Assembly (NCBI GenBank): GCA_964467845.1
Contig: CAYXTQ010000001.1
Location: forward strand, 1 to 49,463
Direction: 5' to 3'
From: an uncultured Methanosarcinales archaeon
Lineage (GTDB): Archaea > Nanobdellota > Nanobdellia > Woesearchaeales > CAYXTQ01
DNA length: 49,463 nt
Below are positions 44,091 through 49,463 of this stretch, piece by piece. Numbering within the stretch: the stretch's first letter is position 1; the number at the start of each line of letters is the position of its first letter. Below the pieces are notes generated by a model that saw only the letters and a list, made by a program, of their open reading frames with translations, had not been told where the DNA came from and made no database searches. The position numbers were made by a program, and so were the translations under genes.

Positions 44091-44200
44091 AATAATCAAT
44101 GAATTAAAAATAATAAAAAAAAAAACAAAACTGGAACAAGTGCACAATTAATTGTGAATGTTGTATAACACTTAATTGTTTATTGAATATTAGTTAAAAA
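44091..44200 (+). repeat. Intergenic repeat module R2, copy C (contains the perfect 14-bp palindrome CACAATTAATTGTG)
   Basis: It aligns with the reverse complement of 8831-8930. Confidence 0.7.
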
Positions 44201-44242
44201 ATAAAAAATAAAAAGCGATAATTTTAAACAAAGGAAATCGAA

Positions 44243-44337
44243 GATACGAGAAAATCGAAGATTTTCTGTATCTCCTGAAAATCTTGATTTTCATGAGATT
44301 TCCAAGTTTAAAATTCCGAAAATTACTTAAATTTTCG
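44243..44337. other. Three consecutive hairpins upstream of the giant ORF (44243-44272, 44272-44297, 44317-44337)
   Basis: The hairpins are GATACGAGAAAATC-GAA-GATTTTCTGTATC, TGAAAAT-CTTG-ATTTTCA and CGAAAATT-ACTTA-AATTTTCG. Confidence 0.65.
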
Positions 44338-44412
44338 ATAATTTTAAATATCTGTATAAAAGATATCTGAGTATAAGAGAAATAACTATAAAAAAAAAAA
44401 GAGGTTTATTGA

Positions 44413-47400
44413 ATGAATAAAAAAAATAAAAAAGTTTTTTTAATCCTCACAATATTATTAATAATCCTAAGTACGCAAGTTAAACAAATTTATGCGGCCT
44501 CATCATGCAGTGATTGCTCAGAATGTGAAAGATGTGTAACACTACCAACAGGAAGAGAGGGAAATGAATATGATTGTATACCAATGAACACAGGTACATG
44601 TACTACATGTGCTTCTGGTACTTGCAAATGTCAATCTGGTGTTTGTGTTGATTCAACTGGAGCAGGATCAAACGGAGATTATATCATAGATGTTAAATTA
44701 GCGACGAGCTGCTCTGGGTGGAAATCAGCAGGCTCTGGATATGCATCCTTGAATGTATGTTACAAAGAAGGAAGTGCAGCACCTTATCTTGAGGATGTTA
44801 CATATCACGCGAAACATCCTTCAACTTCTTGTACAGGTGTTGCAACATGTCCTAATGGTTATACTGAAGCAGGTAAAATTTACGTATCAAATTCTAAAAT
44901 TTGTTATTGGTTATGTAAAAAAACAGGAAGTTCCCCAAAAGTAATTGATATCAAATATCAACAAAAATATAGTACTCAAAATATCAACCCCCCCATCTGT
45001 CCTAGTGAATACGATCAGCAAGGTATTGAATGGGATGGAACAAACTATTATTTTACTCAACTCTGTGTAAAAAAAGGTAGTGGTATTACTTACTCTTGTA
45101 CAGATCCTGATGGAAATGATATAAGGACAGCTGAAACCGTAACATACGAAGAGAAACAAGGTACAAATGTTATTCAAACAATAACACTAAAAGACACGTG
45201 TGCGCTTCCTAAAGATTATCTTTTTTCTACGCAAAACCCAAACAAACTTCCAGAGACTATATCTTCTGCAGATGGTACAACAATTAAGATTTGGGACGAT
45301 CTTTTAAAAGAAAAATATACCGAAGCAGGAATTACCTCTGCCACTGAAGGAGCCCCATGTAAAAAATTAATAGAGTGGACATGCAAGGATAATAAACCAG
45401 AACCAATAATACATGAATGTGATGTTACTGATTTATTTGCATCATCAGACCAAAAATACGGCTGTTTAGATGGCAAATGTTTTTGGGAAGAAGACATTTT
45501 ATCTGACTCAGCAATTTACGGCTCTTGTAAGGTGTGGATGGGTAAAGCGTGTTTTTCAAGTATGAACCCAGGATCTACACTAACAACATCAGGACCTTAT
45601 TGGTCTCGCTGTTCGCATCATACTGATGAATCTCGCACAAGTCAATGCGAACCTTGTTTTGTATATTGTAATGACCAAAGCAAACCATGTCATAGAGCTA
45701 CACCTTATGATGCTTTACCTTGGGATATAGGTAATAAAGAATGCTGGACAAAAGATAAATGTTCCCCGAACTATCCTCCATGTAAACCTGGAGTAAAGCT
45801 TGGATATGGTACTCCAGATTATTGCCCATATGTTGCACCATACTGTGTTGATGATTGGGATGGTTATACTATAGATACTACTCCTGAAGTTCCAATTTGC
45901 CATATGTGTGACTTTAATAAAGAAACTTGCAGCTTTTGTAACGGCGCTTGGGTCCAACCCAATCAACCAACAGGCACAGTAGGTGTTGTTGAAGGAGGCT
46001 GTTGTGATACAAATTTCTATGACGATTACAAGAAAGAAGGGGGAGTAAGAGGGTCGTATCCAGACTGCGGAAAAACATTTGGAAATGTAATTTGTGATGC
46101 AATGGATTACTCATATCTAGACCCCACCTATATAAGTTCCTGGACAGATAGCGAAGGCCATCCTACTGGAGTTCCAGAAGAAAAAGAACCCCTCCTAAGA
46201 GAAGGAGGTAAATGGTTAGATGCATCAAATGATGTAATAAAAACCTTAAAATGCAACAATATTAATTATCTTTTTGATAATCAAAACTGGCTTAAATCTA
46301 AAGGTGATTGTAGTATTGTAAATTTAAATGGCCATGAATTTTTAGATGTAAAAATAGAAAATTCAAGTGAATCACCCCCAATTACCGGCAATGTTGTTTC
46401 TGATTTAGAATCTATAACTGGCTTTGGTGCAGCTGATGTTCCTCCTTGGAATGACGGCCCAACTTGTGCTAGTGCAGGATGGGGTTGGGCAATATCTGGT
46501 GTTGGCACTGCTGGTGCTGATTATTGTGATGAGGATAATGCTCTTCAACGTCCTCCTCAGGGTGGCCCTTATGCATTAGTTTGTACTGGTGGAGGCACTG
46601 GTTACTTGCTAAGTTCTGCTGTTGGTAGTAGTTGGGGTGGTGACAATCCTGCAACTTGCATTAATTACCTTAATCCAAGTCAAATTATGATACAAGTTAA
46701 TTGTAACGGTATGCCAGTTCCAATTACAGATCAACAAAGGGCAAATGCCAATCAGATTGCCGCTACTGGTAGTAGTGCTAGGATTAGGATTTGTGATAAG
46801 AGTGCAGGCACTTCACCACCACCTGAAGAAAATATAAGCATCAAATCATATTGGGCAGAATGTGCTGGAAACGATGTTGCTTATAATGATGAAAGCACTG
46901 GTGGAAAAAACTTTTTTATTGGAGAACAAGTTTCTTGTAATAATATAACATATTTTTGTTCTGCTAATAACACATGGATTAATGATTTGGATTTTGATAA
47001 AGATACATGTGAAGCAGCAGGTCTTGTATGGATTGGACCAAGCGATACAGAAGGTTATTGTTGTGGAGATGATGGCTTTTATGACACATTTAGCTATTAC
47101 CAGCCCTTTGGAGATGCTTGCTTTAGAGGCCAAGTTTTATTCCATTGCGATCAAATAACTCTTAACCAGATAAGCTATAATTTCGGAGTTTTAAATAAGA
47201 TAATTGGTTTTGGAGTTGAAAACTCTCAATCTGGCTTTGACAATCTTGTAATTATGGACAAGGTATATGGCAACATTTTATACAAAAATAATTTTAGTGA
47301 ATCTTCCCAAATACAAAACTTTCAATCATTAAGTGGAACTTGGCAAATTAAAAATGGCGAATACATTGGCACTATAATAAATGGTTTTGGCATAAGTTTA

Positions 47401-49463
47401 ATACCATGGAACCTTACAAATGATGTAATTGAATTTACTTTAAACACCAAACCCACAATTCCTGCAAAAAACGGTTTAATTGTTTTTGGTTTTGTTGATA
47501 TAAATAATTTCTGGTATGGTGCTGTAAGACCAGACATAAATAGCATAGAATTAGGACAAGTAGTTAATGGCAATAAATATATTTTGTCTAAAGAAACAAT
47601 AAACTTACCCAATCAAGATTTAAAGATTAGAGTTGAAACACAAGATGGCTACGTTAGTTTACTAGTAATACTAGAAAACATAAATGGTGCAATAGTAAAT
47701 GAAAATGGAATCTTATCTTATTGTTCTGATAACGGAGAAAATTACTGTGAAACACGCTGTAGTCAATATTTCTGTTCTTATGAGACCTCTAATTGGGAAT
47801 ATTATTACGGAGAACCAAGAGATAAAGCAAGTAAATGGCCAGGAAAACTACCAGAGAATGGAATAAAAACAGAATGCTGTGAACAAAACCAATGTTGGAA
47901 TGGCACATTTTGCATTACTGACCAATCCAATGACCCAAAAGCAAAACCATATGAAAAATGGAGGTGTGTTAATGGTGAATGGACAGAAGCTTTATTAAAA
48001 TACACATGGGATTTAAAAGAAGAAGGCTATTGTCCTAAAATAGACCAATGCTTAGTTAATCCTTACAGCGTAAACACCAACTTTAACAACGCAAAATACC
48101 TAGACATAGACAACCCTTTAAATAATGATATACAATGCATAAACGATAAGGAGTATATTGGAGATCATTATTGTGAAGATGGTGTTTGGACAACAAGAAC
48201 AAAACTCATTGCTTTACAACTTTTGGACATAACTGAAAATAGTTATGATCCAAATGATTATGTTTTATTCTGTGACAGCTATCAAAATACCTTAAACTAC
48301 TATGATTATGAAATTGTCACAAACTACGGAACCAATAAAGCAATGGATTATATAATAAAGCAAAACAATAAATGCTTACTTCTTGACAAACCAGTTCCTT
48401 GTGTAAACAAATTCTGCGTTTTAAAGTTTAAGAAAACAGATAAAGATTTTGGAGTTGCAATAGGCACTTCCTTAAATAACGAAATTAACAATCCAAATAA
48501 CTATTCCATATTAGAATTATTTGGAAAAAATACTGCTTATTGTGATAGCGTAATAAATAATAATGATGGGCAATTTCATTTTTGTGACCCAAACCAAGAT
48601 ACATGGTACAACAACAAGATAAAAAGTATAATCTATTCAAAAGACACTATTGGTTTGCAAAAAATTATATTTTTTGATAAATTTTTGGACTTTTTAAAAA
48701 ATCCATTTAACAGCATCTTTCATATAATCCTTAATGTAATCAAGCCAAAATATCCTGGAGGAGCTGAATTTGATTACAAATTTATTGATCAAACAAAGGA
48801 TTTCAGTAGATTATATCTAAACAGAAAAGGAGATCAATCAATTAAGGGCATAACGGAAAAAATTAAAGATAAGGAATTTTTGTCAGTAATCTATGAAGGA
48901 TTTAATGCAAACATCTGTACTTCTGTAGATAGATATTGGATGTTGCAGCCAAATCTAGGTGTTATTAGTTGTGATATAAATAATAGCATCTACTATATTG
49001 AAACACAAGCTCCAGGAAGAATGGATATTTGGAAAGATTTGACTTCCAAACTAAGGATAAGAAAAGAAAGTATAACTCCTCCAAAAGAGTGTGAACTCCT
49101 CTCTGCAATATGGACAAACTCAGCTGGCAATCAAATAACACAAACAAATGAGAATAGTGTTGTTTATTTGGAGGTTAAGGGAAATAATAATTGTAATGGC
49201 TTACAAGCAAGCTATAAAATCTATGAAAACGATATTGCAATAGACGATTATATACCTCCAGACCCATCTAGCACCAATTTTATTAATGGCGTTGCTAAAA
49301 CAATCTGGACAGCAAGACAAGTATATGATGGTATTTTAGGAGGTGATCCTGAATTCTACTTTAAAGCATCTGCAGAGGGGTTAGAAATAAAATCTGATGA
49401 CCTTACAGTTTCTAAATATGTATCTATCTGTAATAATAATGGCCAGTGTGAGCCTTTAAATGG
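44413..49463 (+). CDS. Giant secreted/surface Cys-rich protein, 3'-truncated by the window end (more than 1683 aa), with a Cys-free lectin/LamG-like jelly-roll insert
   Basis: It is not in the ORF track. I translated every 60-nt line from 44413 to 49463 in frame and found no stop. A TGA lies immediately upstream in frame, and a GAGGT SD lies 7 nt upstream. The N-terminus MNKKNKKVFLILTILLIILSTQVKQIYA is signal-like. I counted about 86 Cys codons by hand. The Cys-free block at 47161-47700 includes SGTWQIKNGEYIGT...LIVFGFVDINNFWYGAVRP...LKIRVETQDGYVSLLV. Confidence 0.85.
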   Translation, partial: MNKKNKKVFLILTILLIILSTQVKQIYAASSCSDCSECERCVTLPTGREGNEYDCIPMNTGTCTTCASGTCKCQSGVCVDSTGAGSNGDYIIDVKLATSCSGWKSAGSGYASLNVCYKEGSAAPYLEDVTYHAKHPSTSCTGVATCPNGYTEAGKIYVSNSKICYWLCKKTGSSPKVIDIKYQQKYSTQNINPPICPSEYDQQGIEWDGTNYYFTQLCVKKGSGITYSCTDPDGNDIRTAETVTYEEKQGTNVIQTITLKDTCALPKDYLFSTQNPNKLPETISSADGTTIKIWDDLLKEKYTEAGITSATEGAPCKKLIEWTCKDNKPEPIIHECDVTDLFASSDQKYGCLDGKCFWEEDILSDSAIYGSCKVWMGKACFSSMNPGSTLTTSGPYWSRCSHHTDESRTSQCEPCFVYCNDQSKPCHRATPYDALPWDIGNKECWTKDKCSPNYPPCKPGVKLGYGTPDYCPYVAPYCVDDWDGYTIDTTPEVPICHMCDFNKETCSFCNGAWVQPNQPTGTVGVVEGGCCDTNFYDDYKKEGGVRGSYPDCGKTFGNVICDAMDYSYLDPTYISSWTDSEGHPTGVPEEKEPLLREGGKWLDASNDVIKTLKCNNINYLFDNQNWLKSKGDCSIVNLNGHEFLDVKIENSSESPPITGNVVSDLESITGFGAADVPPWNDGPTCASAGWGWAISGVGTAGADYCDEDNALQRPPQGGPYALVCTGGGTGYLLSSAVGSSWGGDNPATCINYLNPSQIMIQVNCNGMPVPITDQQRANANQIAATGSSARIRICDKSAGTSPPPEENISIKSYWAECAGNDVAYNDESTGGKNFFIGEQVSCNNITYFCSANNTWINDLDFDKDTCEAAGLVWIGPSDTEGYCCGDDGFYDTFSYYQPFGDACFRGQVLFHCDQITLNQISYNFGVLNKIIGFGVENSQSGFDNLVIMDKVYGNILYKNNFSESSQIQNFQSLSGTWQIKNGEYIGTIINGFGISLIPWNLTNDVIEFTLNTKPTIPAKNGLIVFGFVDINNFWYGAVRPDINSIELGQVVNGNKYILSKETINLPNQDLKIRVETQDGYVSLLVILENINGAIVNENGILSYCSDNGENYCETRCSQYFCSYETSNWEYYYGEPRDKASKWPGKLPENGIKTECCEQNQCWNGTFCITDQSNDPKAKPYEKWRCVNGEWTEALLKYTWDLKEEGYCPKIDQCLVNPYSVNTNFNNAKYLDIDNPLNNDIQCINDKEYIGDHYCEDGVWTTRTKLIALQLLDITENSYDPNDYVLFCDSYQNTLNYYDYEIVTNYGTNKAMDYIIKQNNKCLLLDKPVPCVNKFCVLKFKKTDKDFGVAIGTSLNNEINNPNNYSILELFGKNTAYCDSVINNNDGQFHFCDPNQDTWYNNKIKSIIYSKDTIGLQKIIFFDKFLDFLKNPFNSIFHIILNVIKPKYPGGAEFDYKFIDQTKDFSRLYLNRKGDQSIKGITEKIKDKEFLSVIYEGFNANICTSVDRYWMLQPNLGVISCDINNSIYYIETQAPGRMDIWKDLTSKLRIRKESITPPKECELLSAIWTNSAGNQITQTNENSVVYLEVKGNNNCNGLQASYKIYENDIAIDDYIPPDPSSTNFINGVAKTIWTARQVYDGILGGDPEFYFKASAEGLEIKSDDLTVSKYVSICNNNGQCEPLN

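Noticed and set aside
44911-49147. About a dozen 60-96-aa minus-strand ORFs in the track (44911-45177, 45216-45497, 45715-45966, 46281-46508, 46846-47133, 47322-47612 and others), plus the plus-strand 44753-44944 ORF
   Set aside because: All lie antisense to, or out of frame with, the uninterrupted 5-kb plus-strand ORF starting at 44413. They have low-complexity or Cys/Ser/Phe-rich translations typical of shadow ORFs.
44413-49463. The giant protein as a diversity-generating-retroelement target
   Set aside because: No reverse transcriptase or template-repeat/variable-repeat pair is visible in this window, so it cannot be supported here. It is mentioned only as something to check in the rest of the genome.

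Overview
The window is visibly AT-rich (GC not computed), gene-dense archaeal DNA. It has PolD, Orc1/Cdc6, MCM, TBP, TFE, aIF2-beta, Hjc, EndA, archaeal-type GAPDH and FBP aldolase/phosphatase. Many conserved proteins carry poly-Lys inserts encoded by long A/T homopolymers, and genes are preceded by GGAGG/GGTGA Shine-Dalgarno sites. This looks like a reduced DPANN-like archaeon, which is an inference. Most of 9.1-43.9 kb is housekeeping. It includes a replication island with RFC, FEN1, Hjc, an Orc1/Cdc6-DP1-DP2 operon next to a very AT-rich candidate oriC, and an MCM plus RPA2-like OB-fold pair. It also holds tRNA-processing genes (Trm5, EndA, RNase Z, Rpp30), TldD/PmbA, PAN and a gluconeogenic trio. 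Two regions are not housekeeping. (1) 1433-8803 is a co-oriented five-gene cell-surface module. It has a TM-anchored triple beta-sandwich protein, a 1012-aa polytopic membrane protein with a Cys-rich tail, and three paralogous lipobox proteins. The 1012-aa protein and all three lipoproteins share one ~280-aa two-domain ectodomain that I cannot assign to a characterised family. (2) 44413 to the window end is a single uninterrupted ORF of more than 1683 codons. It is absent from the supplied ORF track because it has no stop inside the window. It encodes a signal-peptide-bearing protein with about 86 Cys and a Cys-free lectin/LamG-like insert. The intergenic DNA bordering these two regions carries two repeat modules (R1, R2), each present twice, plus a family of GAAAATC-NNN-GATTTTC hairpins. 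Other items are a tRNA-Pro(CGG) with a 31-nt BHB intron in the T-loop (59/60), a free-standing double-motif LAGLIDADG gene, a 30-bp promoter-proximal motif shared by two nuclease genes, and ORB-like motifs at two loci. Nearly all short antisense ORFs in the track look spurious.
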